Assembly (NCBI GenBank): GCA_964017825.1
Contig: CAXHMA010000001.1
Coordinates: 193,115-257,114, forward strand
DNA: 64,000 nucleotides
Origin: an uncultured Alphaproteobacteria bacterium
GTDB taxonomy: Bacteria; Pseudomonadota; Alphaproteobacteria; RF32; CAG-239
Direction: 5' to 3'
Shown: one piece after another, positions 9,255 to 21,101 of the stretch
How positions within the stretch are numbered: the first letter of the stretch is position 1
How the letters are laid out: the number at the start of each line of letters is the position of its first letter
Program-made: the position numbers and the translations under genes
The notes under the pieces: generated by a model
What the model was told of the DNA's origin: nothing
The model's database searches: none
The model's input: the letters and a program-made list of their open reading frames with translations, nothing else

Positions 9255-9959
9255 TTACCAACTCTGTTTCACAAACTTTTTTCTTATCCGCCATGCCGTA
9301 AAAAAGCACAATACCGCCCACACAACGGTAGCAAAAAGAAAAAGCCTTGTCTGCGTACCGGCAACTATCATTCTGATAACCCATACCGTCATCATCATAA
9401 TATAAAATGAAAACAGGACCTGAGCAAAAGCGCACATTCGCAAATTTGTTCGCGATTCGCCTATGGCTTGATAAACCCAAGGCCAAATAAAGAACGCAAC
9501 CGCAAAAATTCCGAAAAGAACCGACAAATAACTGCCTGCCCATACTGTCGTTATCGTATTATATTTAACGGCAAGCATCCAAGGTCTTATAACCGCCGTC
9601 AAACATACCGATCCGAACAAAAAGACTACGCCGGCAACAGCACGATGACGCTCAATCCACCTGCATATAAACAGTATTAGCTCCGGGAACCACCTGAAAA
9701 CCGCCGGAACATCCCGCAGTTTATCCTCAACGGAACGAAAGAAGTCACAGCAGTCATAATAGTCGAGAATCTGCCGGTGTTCGTACCGATACTTTTGTTT
9801 GAGTTCCCTCAGAGCCCGCCTTTTCTCTTTTGCAGAACCTGAAAAGCTTCCAATAATTTTATTCTCCATATGCATAAATTGTTTTATTTGACATAATAAC
9901 GTTTTAACAGTTCTTTCTATATACGGCAAATCCCTTAAAATCAAGCAATATATTCTCAC
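9255..9959 (-). CDS. Hypothetical membrane protein (4-5 TM helices, Trp-rich)
   Basis: ORF with hydrophobic segments. Sits where rplQ would be expected, downstream of rpoA. Confidence 0.5.
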   Translation of the reverse strand: MRIYCLILRDLPYIERTVKTLLCQIKQFMHMENKIIGSFSGSAKEKRRALRELKQKYRYEHRQILDYYDCCDFFRSVEDKLRDVPAVFRWFPELILFICRWIERHRAVAGVVFLFGSVCLTAVIRPWMLAVKYNTITTVWAGSYLSVLFGIFAVAFFIWPWVYQAIGESRTNLRMCAFAQVLFSFYIMMMTVWVIRMIVAGTQTRLFLFATVVWAVLCFFTAWRIRKKFVKQSW

Positions 9960-10028
9960 ACCTTAATATATAATACAAAAGAACCGCCCCAAACGGAACG
10001 GCTCTTTCACACAATATTTTAGAAATCT

Positions 10029-11039
10029 CTAAAAGTGCTCATCACACTTCTTAATCAACTCTTCAATATTCTCAGGCGGCCAGCCCGGCGTTTCCATACC
10101 CAGATGAATACCCATCTTGGAAAGGACTTCTTTGATTTCGTTCAAAGATTTTCTACCGAAGTTCGGCGTTCTGAGCATTTCGGCTTCGGTCTTTTGTACC
10201 AAATCACCGATGTAAACGATGTTGTCGTTTTTCAGGCAGTTTGCCGAACGGACGGACAATTCAAGCTCGTCAACCTTACGCAGAAGATTTCTGTCAAACG
10301 GCAGTTCTTCCTTAACATCTTCAACTTCGCTTTCCGGCTCGTCAAAATTAATAAACGGCTTCAATTGGTCTTGCAGAATTCTTGCCGACAAAGCTACCGC
10401 ATCTTCCGGCGTTAATACACCGTTGGTCTCAACAACCATCGTCAGCTTATCATAGTCCGTATTTTGTCCGACACGGGTCTTATCAACTTTGTAAGATACT
10501 TTTCTGACCGGAGAATAAATCGCGTCAACGGCAATCATCCCGATAGGCGCATCCATCACCTTGTTCTGAACGGCAGGAACATAACCTTTGCCCGTTCCGA
10601 CTGTCATTTCCATGGCAATGCTCGCTCCGGCATCCAAAGTGCAGATAACATGGTCAGGATTCATAATTTCAACATCATGCCCCGTCTCAATCATCCCGGC
10701 AGTAACAACCATCGGTCCGGTTGCTTTCAAGCGCATTGTCTTCTGCCCATCCGAATGAACGGCAACGGCCAAACCTTTAATATTTAAAATGACGTCGGTA
10801 ACATCTTCACGAACGCCTTCAATAACGGAAAACTCATGTAACACGCCGTCAATCTTGACAGCGGTAACAGCGCCGCCCTGCAAAGAAGATAATAAAACTC
10901 TCCTCAATGCGTTACCCAGAGTTAAACCAAAACCTCTCTCCAAAGGCTCTACAACTATCTTGGCAACATTCCTGCCTTCGCCTGGAACAACCCCTAGATT
11001 AGTTGGTTTAATAAGTTCTTGCCAATTCTTCTGAATCAC
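10029..11039 (-). CDS. rpoA: DNA-directed RNA polymerase subunit alpha
   Basis: Full-length RpoA with NTD and CTD (…[15 protein letters not shown]…). Confidence 0.97.
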   Translation of the reverse strand: MIQKNWQELIKPTNLGVVPGEGRNVAKIVVEPLERGFGLTLGNALRRVLLSSLQGGAVTAVKIDGVLHEFSVIEGVREDVTDVILNIKGLAVAVHSDGQKTMRLKATGPMVVTAGMIETGHDVEIMNPDHVICTLDAGASIAMEMTVGTGKGYVPAVQNKVMDAPIGMIAVDAIYSPVRKVSYKVDKTRVGQNTDYDKLTMVVETNGVLTPEDAVALSARILQDQLKPFINFDEPESEVEDVKEELPFDRNLLRKVDELELSVRSANCLKNDNIVYIGDLVQKTEAEMLRTPNFGRKSLNEIKEVLSKMGIHLGMETPGWPPENIEELIKKCDEHF

Positions 11040-11122
11040 CGGAATACCCTCTTTACTAGTTTATATGCTGCAACAAAACCAAGCAGAGGAAAGGAACCTT
11101 TCCTCTACTCAAAACTCAAAAA

Positions 11123-11506
11123 TTAAACTCTGCGGCGTTTTCTTAAACGGCAGCCGTTATGCGGAATGGGAGTTACATCACGAATTGATGTAATGGTAAA
11201 TCCGATTACCTGCAATGCTCTGATTGCCGATTCGCGCCCTGAACCGGGGCCTTTAACTTCCACTTCCAAAGTTTTCATACCGTTTTCCTGAGCTTTCTTT
11301 CCGGCTTCTTCTGCGGCAACCTGTGCGGCATAAGGTGTAGACTTTCTGGAGCCTTTGAAACCCTGAGCTCCGGCAGTAGACCAAGAAACTGTATTACCCT
11401 GTGCGTCAGTAATGGTTACACGTGTATTGTTAAACGTAGAATTAACGTGCGCCACACCGGACGTAATATTCTTTTTCTCTTTCTTTTTTACAACTGTTTT
11501 TGCCAT
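11123..11506 (-). CDS. rpsK: 30S ribosomal protein S11
   Basis: Canonical S11 sequence. Confidence 0.97.
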   Translation of the reverse strand: MAKTVVKKKEKKNITSGVAHVNSTFNNTRVTITDAQGNTVSWSTAGAQGFKGSRKSTPYAAQVAAEEAGKKAQENGMKTLEVEVKGPGSGRESAIRALQVIGFTITSIRDVTPIPHNGCRLRKRRRV

Positions 11507-11517
11507 TGCTGCCTCAC

Positions 11518-11886
11518 TTATTTCTTCTTGTTAGCAACAGTTTTGCGCTTACCTTTGCGGGTTCTCGCATTCTGTTTCGTGCTCTGTCCGCGAACAGGCA
11601 GACCTTTACGATGTCTGAGACCGCGGTAGCAGCCCAAATCCATCAGGCGTTTAATGTTAACGCCGACTTCACGGCGAAGTTCACCTTCAACGAGGTAGTC
11701 CCTGTCAATAACTTCACGAACTTTTGCGATGTCTTCGTCTGTCAATTCATGTACGCGACGCTCACCGGCAACGCCCGCTTTTGCACAGATATTCTGTGCT
11801 GTTTCTCTCCCGATGCCGTAGATAGAGGTCAGTGCGATCTCCAATTTCTTGGCAGTGGGAATATTTACACCAGCTATACGAGCCAA
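11518..11886 (-). CDS. rpsM: 30S ribosomal protein S13
   Basis: Canonical S13 sequence ([10 protein letters not shown]…). Confidence 0.97.
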   Translation of the reverse strand: MARIAGVNIPTAKKLEIALTSIYGIGRETAQNICAKAGVAGERRVHELTDEDIAKVREVIDRDYLVEGELRREVGVNIKRLMDLGCYRGLRHRKGLPVRGQSTKQNARTRKGKRKTVANKKK

Positions 11887-12166
11887 ATTAACTCTCCATT
11901 ATATAAACAATTAAAACATTCAAAAAGTTGATCACCACTTTTCAAAATTAATGCGGATTATAGAGCATAAATTATTAGAGTCAATAATTCTTTTAAAAAA
12001 AAATCATTTTTTTAACAAATTTTTAGAAAATTAATTTGCCGATATATAAGAATCGAAAAAGACCGACTATAATTCCATCGCTTTTCATAGGCAAATACAG
12101 TTTAAATTAATTTTCTCGACAGATTCGCCGCGGCATTGTTGCCAATCGTAACGCTGCCATCGCCGC

Positions 12167-12205
12167 AAAAAAAATGCCGGCATCTCATTACCGGCATTTT
12201 TTCAT
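12167..12205. terminator. Intrinsic terminator downstream of secY (hairpin flanked by A/T runs on both strands)
   Basis: aaaaaaaatgccggcatctcattaccggcattttttc. Confidence 0.7.
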
Positions 12206-12214
12206 CATCAGACA

Positions 12215-13567
12215 TTACTTGCGTTTCTTGTTCACCAACGCCGTTTTTTTCAACAGCCCTTCATATTGATAGGCTATCAAATGAGACTGAACCTGTGTCA
12301 TAAAGTCCATTGTAACCTGAACCACGATAAGCAGTGTCGTACCGCCCAAAACAAACGGAACCGACAATTTGGCAATTAAGATTTCAGGCAGAATGCACAA
12401 TGCCGCCAGATAGAACGCGCCCAAAACCGTCAAACGCGTTACGACATAATCCAAATATTCCGCAGTGTTTTTACCCGGACGGATACCGGCAATAAAACCG
12501 CCGTGCTTTTTCAGATTATCCGCCGTTTCTTCCGGATTGACGACAACAGCCGTATAGAAAAATGCAAAGAAAACAATTAAGAACGCATATAAAGCCAAAT
12601 ACAACGGCTGCCCGTGTCCCAGATAACGGCTCAATGTCTGTACCCATTCCGGTCCGTTCGTCGACCAGATATTTGCCACCGTAATCGGCAACAGCAATAA
12701 CGCACTGGCAAAAATCGGCGGAATAACGCCCGTCGGGTTAACCTTCAGCGGCAAATGCGAGCTTTCGGCAGAAGTCATGCGCAAACCGACCTGACGCTTA
12801 GGATATTGAACCAAAATTCTGCGCTGAGCCATTTCCACTTTCAATATAATGAAAATAAGTGCGATGCTCATAACAAACAAGCTCAAAATCACCAGCGGAG
12901 ACATCGACCCGATACGCCCTAATTCCAGAGTCTGCGCAATCGCCGACGGAATGTTGGCAATAATGCCGACCGTAATAATGAGTGAAGAACCGTTGCCTAC
13001 GCCGCGGGAAGTAATCTGTTCACCCAGCCAAACGATAAACATTGTACCGCCGGTTAAAGATATAATTGTCGAAAAAATAAACGTATACGGCGCAATTACC
13101 ACGGCACTCGAACCGTCACCGTTGGCTATGCTTATCAAACCTATGGCAATACCGTACCCCTGAACAATCGTAATCAAAACCGTCAAAAGTTTGGTATAAT
13201 GCGTCATCTTGCGATGTCCGGCTTCCCCCTCTTTCTTCAATGCGGCCAGTGACGGAATAACCGACGAACCGAGCTGCAAAATAATTGACGCCGAAATATA
13301 GGGCATAATATTGAGTGCAAAAATAGTCATACGCTCCAACGCGCCGCCGGAAAACATGTTAAACATGCCCAAAATGCCGTTGGAATGCCTTGCGAATACT
13401 TCTGCCAAAACACGGGAATCAATCCCCGGAAGCGGAATAAACGTCCCCAAACGAAAGACAATCAAAGCCATTATCGTAAACAACAAACGTTTATGCAATT
13501 CAGTGGCTTTCCTAAAAACGGACATGAAATCCATATTCGCTGCCATTTTCTCTGCTGATGATACCAT
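12215..13567 (-). CDS. secY: Preprotein translocase subunit SecY (start placed at MVSSAEK with an AAGGAA RBS)
   Basis: 10-TM SecY with the conserved 'LLFTIMALIVFRLGTFIPLPGI' N-terminus. Confidence 0.95.
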   Translation of the reverse strand: MVSSAEKMAANMDFMSVFRKATELHKRLLFTIMALIVFRLGTFIPLPGIDSRVLAEVFARHSNGILGMFNMFSGGALERMTIFALNIMPYISASIILQLGSSVIPSLAALKKEGEAGHRKMTHYTKLLTVLITIVQGYGIAIGLISIANGDGSSAVVIAPYTFIFSTIISLTGGTMFIVWLGEQITSRGVGNGSSLIITVGIIANIPSAIAQTLELGRIGSMSPLVILSLFVMSIALIFIILKVEMAQRRILVQYPKRQVGLRMTSAESSHLPLKVNPTGVIPPIFASALLLLPITVANIWSTNGPEWVQTLSRYLGHGQPLYLALYAFLIVFFAFFYTAVVVNPEETADNLKKHGGFIAGIRPGKNTAEYLDYVVTRLTVLGAFYLAALCILPEILIAKLSVPFVLGGTTLLIVVQVTMDFMTQVQSHLIAYQYEGLLKKTALVNKKRK

Positions 13568-13824
13568 TTTTATTTCCTTAAAATTATTACTTTTTGAGAT
13601 AAACAAAGGGATTCACCCCGGTTTTCGCATTAATTTAATACATAAAATTTAATTTTGCCTTTAAAAAGTAGTTTTTTTCCACTGACTTTTAAACTGCTCA
13701 TAACCGAAGCCGTGTATATATTGGAGATACATACTAAAATGTATAAAAAAACATATTGCATTGCCTGATGATAATATATAGAATAAACACGGCTGATAAA
13801 ATAATAAAAAAGAGGAAAATTGTA

Positions 13825-15201
13825 ATGTCAAAGATTAAATATACAAGTCTGGGCATCGGCTTGGGACTTTTAACCGCAGGCACTACCATAACAATCGGCA
13901 CATCTGCATCTGCGGGAGACAACGACGGGTCAACCCGAACCGGCGGAAAAGAAATATCCCTGCCCCGTCTGCCTCATTCCGATATTGTTTCGGATACGGT
14001 AAAACGCTGCGCACGGAAAGTCTATCACAGGTTTGAAGAAATCCCCGCCATATCGGACGAAGAAGCGCTTATGTATGATAAAAGCGAATATACATATATC
14101 ATAAACGCCGACCGTTATCAAAAAAGCGGAGAAATTGAATTAAAACGCGTTTTAACGGACGAAATCAGCAAAGCAAATATATTAAGTCTGATTTACCGCA
14201 GCGAATGCGCGACTTACGTTCCGAGCGAAAACGAAGACCAAATGGCAAAATATATCATAGATTTCAAAATCATAAACCCTACCGGAGCATTCAAAGGCCC
14301 GTCGCAGATGGATGATGTCGCCGTTGCCTCGTTTATAAAATATCTGGCCGTAAACCCTGCCACGCGGCAAAATGTATTGCCTCTTTTAAAATATAATAAA
14401 CCGCGTCACTCTGATGCGCCGCAAACCCTCACAGATGCATTAGACTCGCTTGAACAGTCATGTTATTCGGATTCTGCCGTCATGCTGCCGCTGAAACAAC
14501 GCCTGTCTGTCCTTACCGATAAAGTTTATCAAAACATCCGCCTCAACAGCCTGGCATGGAAAAATATTGCTTCGCCCGAATTAAAAAAATACATTGCAAG
14601 AGAAGAAGCAAAACGGCATAAAACATTAAGCAATACGACCAAAAACTTTTTATGTTTAAGCGAACTGTTTCCCGATAAAGAACAACTGACAAAAGAACTT
14701 GAAACATATAACCTGACGACGTTCCCGATCGGACGCAAAGGAACTCCCAAAGAAATTATGGCAACACTCGCACAAAGTATGGATTTGAAAAACGACAGCG
14801 GCAACCTTGACGCGACACGCATTCCGCTTTTCGCCATAGCAGCATCCGTAAGTACGGTCAATTGGCACGGAAACGGCCTGGGTGCCGTCAAAGATGCCCA
14901 AAATTTCAAAAAAATCTATCAAAAAGATCCCGATAATTTTCTTCCGGCCCTGACATTGATTGCCAAAAAATGGACGGCGGGCAAAAGTCGGAAATACGGC
15001 GTCAACGAATTGCGTCAAATGAATATGATTACCCCGGACATCATAGAGCAATTCCTTTCTATGGAACTTCCCGGCGCCGCAGAATTGGCAAACAGATACA
15101 AAGAAGCCGTTGAACGGGAAGAAATAAAAATCTCCCCCAAAACTCAAGAACTCAATTTGCTGGCATTAACCGGAATGAAATACGGCAATCTCAAAAGTTA
15201 A
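13825..15201 (+). CDS. Hypothetical exported protein (~458 aa from the MSKIKYTSLGIGLGLL start, AGAGGA RBS)
   Basis: N-terminal signal peptide. No recognisable domain. Inserted between secY and trmB. Confidence 0.6.
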   Translation: MSKIKYTSLGIGLGLLTAGTTITIGTSASAGDNDGSTRTGGKEISLPRLPHSDIVSDTVKRCARKVYHRFEEIPAISDEEALMYDKSEYTYIINADRYQKSGEIELKRVLTDEISKANILSLIYRSECATYVPSENEDQMAKYIIDFKIINPTGAFKGPSQMDDVAVASFIKYLAVNPATRQNVLPLLKYNKPRHSDAPQTLTDALDSLEQSCYSDSAVMLPLKQRLSVLTDKVYQNIRLNSLAWKNIASPELKKYIAREEAKRHKTLSNTTKNFLCLSELFPDKEQLTKELETYNLTTFPIGRKGTPKEIMATLAQSMDLKNDSGNLDATRIPLFAIAASVSTVNWHGNGLGAVKDAQNFKKIYQKDPDNFLPALTLIAKKWTAGKSRKYGVNELRQMNMITPDIIEQFLSMELPGAAELANRYKEAVEREEIKISPKTQELNLLALTGMKYGNLKS

Positions 15202-15221
15202 AGCGGGTTAACCCCGCTTTT
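15200..15221. terminator. Bidirectional terminator (aagcgggttaaccccgctttt) between the exported-protein gene and trmB
   Basis: Perfect GC-rich hairpin with flanking T/A runs. Confidence 0.7.
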
Positions 15222-15224
15222 GCT

Positions 15225-15986
15225 TTATGCTTTTCTGTAATCAAAAAAGACCGGACGCCTTCCTTCGCGCAAAGCCTTCTGTTGATATTTGGTTTTTACC
15301 CAGTCAGCGGGTTCGCTTTTCCAGTCTTTGCCGCACCGCGCCGTCCAGACAAAGTCCGGACATAGGTGCATTGTGCGCAAAACATGGCGCTTATATACCG
15401 GATGGTCCGTTGCTACCCGAAACAGTCCGCCCGGTTTTAAAATTCGTGAAACTTCCCTTAAATTCGCCGCATTCACAAACCTTCTTCCCGCATGTTTTTT
15501 CTTCGGCCAAGGGTCAGGAAACAACAAAAAGACTTTATCAAAAAAGTCATCGGGAATTTGCGCAAACAATAACCTGACATCATCATCAAATACACGGATA
15601 TTCCGAACACCGCAACCGGCAGGATTGACTTCCTCGGGGAGCTTGTCGCCTTCGTGAATTCCGCTCATTAATGAGAGCAGATTAGCCACGCCGTTTTGAA
15701 AAACCTCAACACCGACATATCCGTTTTCGGGATGGCGTACAGCCTGCCCGAACAAGTGTTGCCCGTCTCCGAAACCGATTTCCAAACACAGTTCCTGCTT
15801 AGATTCGCCAAATAATTTTTCAACGGCAAAATCCGCCGCAGTCGAAACACGCAACTGCGGCAACATATTCTCTAACAAAAAAGTCTTGGCTTTTCTGACA
15901 ACGCGCCCTTTCCGGCGTCCGAAAAACTTCGGCGTTTCCGTTAAGGTATTATCCCTGTTATTCCGAACCGGTGTCATCTCTGTCAC
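15225..15986 (-). CDS. trmB: tRNA (guanine46-N7)-methyltransferase
   Basis: TrmB motifs (EIGFGDGQHL, LLFPDPWPKKKH). Confidence 0.9.
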   Translation of the reverse strand: MTEMTPVRNNRDNTLTETPKFFGRRKGRVVRKAKTFLLENMLPQLRVSTAADFAVEKLFGESKQELCLEIGFGDGQHLFGQAVRHPENGYVGVEVFQNGVANLLSLMSGIHEGDKLPEEVNPAGCGVRNIRVFDDDVRLLFAQIPDDFFDKVFLLFPDPWPKKKHAGRRFVNAANLREVSRILKPGGLFRVATDHPVYKRHVLRTMHLCPDFVWTARCGKDWKSEPADWVKTKYQQKALREGRRPVFFDYRKA

Positions 15987-16446
15987 GCATGCTGGTTAAC
16001 ATAACCAAAAGTGCAGATCTGGCCTTGGCCGGAAGGGAATAAAACGCTTTCAAAAGCATTGTCGCTTCCGCTCCGTTCATCGGCTCAAATTTTTGTTCAA
16101 CATCGTCTTCCTGCAAAAAACCGAGACCGTACACATTATTATAGTCCGAAAAATGGGAATACACATTCGCATCGATATCATCATAAAAATAATCAATATC
16201 AACACCGAGTATCTGTGCAATACCGTAGAGCCTTCCGGCGCCGATACGGTTTATGCCCTTCTCATATTTCTGTACCTGCTGGAAAGTTATTCCCAGCCTT
16301 TCAGCCATTTCTTTCTGGCTTAATTGTAATAAACGTCTTCTGGCGCATATTCTTGCGCCGACATGCTCATCCACAGGTCCGATACCGCTGTCAATAGCTG
16401 TATCGCTGCTTAAAACTTCTGACTTTCTTTTACGACCGCGAGGCAT
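15958..16446 (-). CDS. XRE-family helix-turn-helix transcriptional regulator
   Basis: HTH 'LSQKEMAERLGITFQQVQKYEKGINRI'. Conserved alphaproteobacterial position next to lnt. Confidence 0.8.
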   Translation of the reverse strand: MPRGRKRKSEVLSSDTAIDSGIGPVDEHVGARICARRRLLQLSQKEMAERLGITFQQVQKYEKGINRIGAGRLYGIAQILGVDIDYFYDDIDANVYSHFSDYNNVYGLGFLQEDDVEQKFEPMNGAEATMLLKAFYSLPAKARSALLVMLTSMRDRDDTGSE

Positions 16447-16538
16447 CTATTTTCTCCAAAAAATAAGTTAAAACAATTATCGCTTACCATAATTTTTTAT
16501 AAATTGCAACAACTTTTTGGCGAATTTTACAACCGATG

Positions 16539-18101
16539 TTAGAATTTTCTTTTTTTAGCCGCCGGCACCGAGTTCAGAAGCAGCCCGAATAAAATAATGC
16601 CCAATATCAAAAACATCGGCACAATATTGCCGTATTTTCCGTATAATGTCGAACGCACCGTTTTTTTCGGCAGACTCACGTCCGATATGCCGATTTCATT
16701 CAATCCGAGCTTGCCGATAATATCACCGTAAGGTGTAATAACCGCACTGATTCCCGTATTGGCGCTGCGAATAACGGTTATACCCTCTTCAACGGCTCTG
16801 AGCTGAGCTGCGGCCAAATGCTGTGCCGGCCCCGCACTCACGCCGTACCAACCGTCATTTGCCAATACAACCAAAAGTTCCGGTTTAAGCTCTTTGTTCA
16901 AAACCTGCCCCGGAAAAATACTCTCGTAACAAATAGCCCCCCCCATTAAAGGCAGCCCTTTTACGGAAATATTTTTCATAGCCTCGCCGCGTCCCAAACT
17001 GCCGACGACATTTGCAACCGGAGTCATAAAATCAGGCAGATAATCCCGGAAAGGCAAATATTCGCCGAACGGCACCAAATGCGCTTTGTCGTAATAATCT
17101 TTTATATGTCCTTCTTTGTTGATAACAAACAGGGAATTATACGGAACATACCGCCCGTTTTCCACCGCGGCACGCAAAAGCCCCGTAATCAGAAAACCGT
17201 TATCCGGTATGGCCTCCGTGATTTCCTTCAGATGCGCGTCATCCATATCCAAAAAATACGGAGTCGCCGTTTCGCCCCAAACCACCAAATCAATATCATC
17301 CGTCGGACGCGAAGTACTTAAATCTATATATCGGCGAAAGTTCTTATACGCCATATCTTCCTGCCATTTAAACGTCTGCGGAATACTCGGCTGTACCAGA
17401 CGCACGGTCATATCACCGTTTTCCGAAACCTGATATTTTCCGGCTCCCCCGTAAAAAACAAAAACCGGAACAATCAAAAACAAAACCGCGCCCGTATAAA
17501 AACGTTTTTGCACCAAACCGGCAATAAGGATTGCCCCACCGCACAAAAAAAGCAACAGTATCAACGAAAGCCCGTAACCGCCGAAATATGACGCCGTTTG
17601 CAAAAGTTTCGGCTCAAATCCCAAAGCCGTCCCTAACAAATTCCACGGAAACCCCGTAAAAATAAAACTGCGCACCCACTCAAAAAAAACAAAAGAACCG
17701 CAGAGCAGTAAAGCGCGGGCATAAATATTTCTGCCCCATGCCGATATCATAGCCGGTACCGCCCAAAACAAACCGAAAAACAGCCCTGTTGCCATAAAGA
17801 CCAACGGAATAAAAGCGGCAAAACGATTCTCATCCGTCAACAACGCATTATTAATCCAAACAAAACCCGTCGCATAAAAAGCAAAACCAAAAACATAACC
17901 TCTCATGAACGCTCTGCGCTTGGACGCCGGATTCGCCAACAGTAACATCAAAAATGCAATCAGCGCAATATATCCCTGCCAAACCGAAACATATGGCGGA
18001 AAAATCAAAGACCCGGCCGCCCCCAAAGCCAAAATAAGCAGCCACACCAATTTCTTTGCCTGAGCAGAAGCGCCGGATTTCATATCAGTCATAAAGCACA
18101 T
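16539..18101 (-). CDS. lnt: Apolipoprotein N-acyltransferase
   Basis: N-terminal polytopic membrane domain plus C-terminal CN-hydrolase domain. Confidence 0.9.
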   Translation of the reverse strand: MCFMTDMKSGASAQAKKLVWLLILALGAAGSLIFPPYVSVWQGYIALIAFLMLLLANPASKRRAFMRGYVFGFAFYATGFVWINNALLTDENRFAAFIPLVFMATGLFFGLFWAVPAMISAWGRNIYARALLLCGSFVFFEWVRSFIFTGFPWNLLGTALGFEPKLLQTASYFGGYGLSLILLLFLCGGAILIAGLVQKRFYTGAVLFLIVPVFVFYGGAGKYQVSENGDMTVRLVQPSIPQTFKWQEDMAYKNFRRYIDLSTSRPTDDIDLVVWGETATPYFLDMDDAHLKEITEAIPDNGFLITGLLRAAVENGRYVPYNSLFVINKEGHIKDYYDKAHLVPFGEYLPFRDYLPDFMTPVANVVGSLGRGEAMKNISVKGLPLMGGAICYESIFPGQVLNKELKPELLVVLANDGWYGVSAGPAQHLAAAQLRAVEEGITVIRSANTGISAVITPYGDIIGKLGLNEIGISDVSLPKKTVRSTLYGKYGNIVPMFLILGIILFGLLLNSVPAAKKRKF

Positions 18102-18103
18102 AC

Positions 18104-18629
18104 CTATGCGTTTTCCTCATCCTTATACGGATTGTCGATTGAAAACAGAGCCAGTATTTCGGTTTCAAGGCTTTCCATTTCTTCGGCTTCGTCATCTTCC
18201 TGATGATCAAACCCCAAAAGGTGCAGAAAACCGTGCACGACCAAATGGCAGTAATGCGCATATACGCTGATATTTTTCATCTCGGCTTCTTTTTTCAGCG
18301 TTTCAAAAGCCAATATAATATCCCCGAGCTCCGCCTCTTTGCTAACGGGAAGCATCTCCCAAAATTCATCGTCATCAATATTGGCAAAAGAAAGGACATT
18401 CGTCGGCTTGTCCATACCGCGGAATTCTTTATTCAGCTTATGCACTTCCTCATCATCGCTCAGGCAGACATTTACCATAAAAGTTTTATCTTCCGCCAAA
18501 AGCTCATGTGAAACAACATCGGCGACATGCCCGAACACCAGTTCTTTCAACTCTTCCGTTGTTTTATAAACATCAAAATCGACATCTTCCGTCCAGCGCG
18601 GGCTGTTAAGGACAACATGCAAAATAACA

Positions 18630-18640
<11 letters not shown>
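18104..18640 (-). CDS. ybeY: Endoribonuclease YbeY (rRNA maturation factor)
   Basis: 'HGFLHLLGFDH' zinc motif. Start placed at MKSNVIL to avoid the phoH overlap. Confidence 0.9.
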
Positions 18641-19595
<955 letters not shown>

Positions 19596-19596
19596 G

Positions 19597-20928
19597 TTAA
19601 AGCGCCTCCCCGCTCAAAGAATTTGTTGAAGCGCCGGTAACGCGCACCTCAACAATCTGGTTAATCAATGAATCGTCCGCCTCGGCATATAAATTCTGCA
19701 TATAAGGCGTCCGTCCGGTCAGTTGGCCTTTGTGGCGGCCTCTGCCCTCAAACAGCACCGGCATAATTTTACCCACGCTGTATTTGTTAAATTTTGTCTG
19801 ATAGTCAAATAATAAATCCTGCAAAACCTGCAAACGCTCTTTTTTTACTTTCTCTTCAATCTGTCCGTCCATGACGGCTGCCGGCGTCCCCGGACGACGG
19901 CTGTATTTGAAAGAGAAAGCCTGAATATATTTAACCCTGTTCACAACATCAAGGGTTGCGGCAAAATCTTCATCTGTTTCCCCCGGAAACCCGACAATAA
20001 AATCCGAAGACATGCCGATAGCCGGATTGGCTTCTTTTAATTTCTCGACAACCCGCAAATAATCATCGCGTGTATGGCGCCGGTTCATCCGCTTCAAAAC
20101 ACCGTCCGAACCGGATTGTATCGGCAGATGCAGATATGGCATAAGTTTATCAAGCTCTTTGTGGCAGCGGATAAGGTCATCATCAACATCCGCCGGATAA
20201 GAGGTCGTATAGCGTATACGTTTTATCCCGTCAATCTCCGCAACTTTATTTAACAGATATGCCAGATTCCGCTCTTTGCCACCCGCGTCCTCGCCGTGAT
20301 ACGAATTAACATTCTGCCCCAACAGATTCAATTCAACGCTCCCCGTATCGGCCAGCCTTTTTGCTTCGCGTAAAACATCCTCTACAGGGCGGGAAATTTC
20401 TACCCCGCGTGTGTAGGGCACAACGCAGTACGTACAAAAATTATTGCACCCTTCCTGAATGGCTAAAAAAGAACATCCGCCGTGCGATTTGTTTTCAGGC
20501 AGATAGTCAAACTTGGAATAGGCTGAAAAATCCGTATCCAGCAACGGCTCTCCCTTTTGATTAAAAACGGCCTCCACGACCTCTTTCAAACGATAATATT
20601 TCAACGGTCCCAGCGCAAAATCGACATAAGGCGCACGTTTCAAAATCTGCTTGTCTTCCGCTTGCACGACGCACCCCGTCACCCCGATAATGGTACTTTT
20701 TCCGTCAAGCGCACGTTCCTGCTTGATAAGATACGCTCTTCCCAAGTCGGAAAAAACTTTTTCCGCAGCTTTTTCGCGGATATGGCATGTGTTAAAAATA
20801 ATCACATCCGCATCTTTCGGCGTTTGAGCTTTAACAAATCCGCCCTCTTCCAACATATTGGCCATACGGTCAGAATCATACACATTCATCTGACAACCGA
20901 AAGTTTTAATAAAATACTTTTTAACCAT
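19597..20928 (-). CDS. miaB: tRNA-2-methylthio-N6-dimethylallyladenosine synthase (radical SAM)
   Basis: MiaB N-terminal 'FIKTFGCQMNVYDS'. Radical SAM 'CNNFCTYC'. TRAM domain. Confidence 0.93.
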   Translation of the reverse strand: MVKKYFIKTFGCQMNVYDSDRMANMLEEGGFVKAQTPKDADVIIFNTCHIREKAAEKVFSDLGRAYLIKQERALDGKSTIIGVTGCVVQAEDKQILKRAPYVDFALGPLKYYRLKEVVEAVFNQKGEPLLDTDFSAYSKFDYLPENKSHGGCSFLAIQEGCNNFCTYCVVPYTRGVEISRPVEDVLREAKRLADTGSVELNLLGQNVNSYHGEDAGGKERNLAYLLNKVAEIDGIKRIRYTTSYPADVDDDLIRCHKELDKLMPYLHLPIQSGSDGVLKRMNRRHTRDDYLRVVEKLKEANPAIGMSSDFIVGFPGETDEDFAATLDVVNRVKYIQAFSFKYSRRPGTPAAVMDGQIEEKVKKERLQVLQDLLFDYQTKFNKYSVGKIMPVLFEGRGRHKGQLTGRTPYMQNLYAEADDSLINQIVEVRVTGASTNSLSGEAL

Positions 20929-21101
20929 ACCTTTTATCTGAAATATAAACTTTATTTTTAATAGGACGCATTATAACATAACCCGATATTTTTTTCAACA
21001 ATTTTTAAGAGAAATACCTATTTTCTTCATTTTCGGCGTTTTCCTGTTGCAAGTTTATTGTTTTTCTGCCACAATAAAGTATAAATGAAAAAGGAACTGC
21101 C

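Noticed and set aside
11887-12214. 330-bp AT-rich gap between rpsM and secY, considered as a possible missing adk/rpmJ pseudogene.
   Set aside because: No ORF fragment with adk- or L36-like translation in any frame. The region looks like a promoter region plus the secY terminator.
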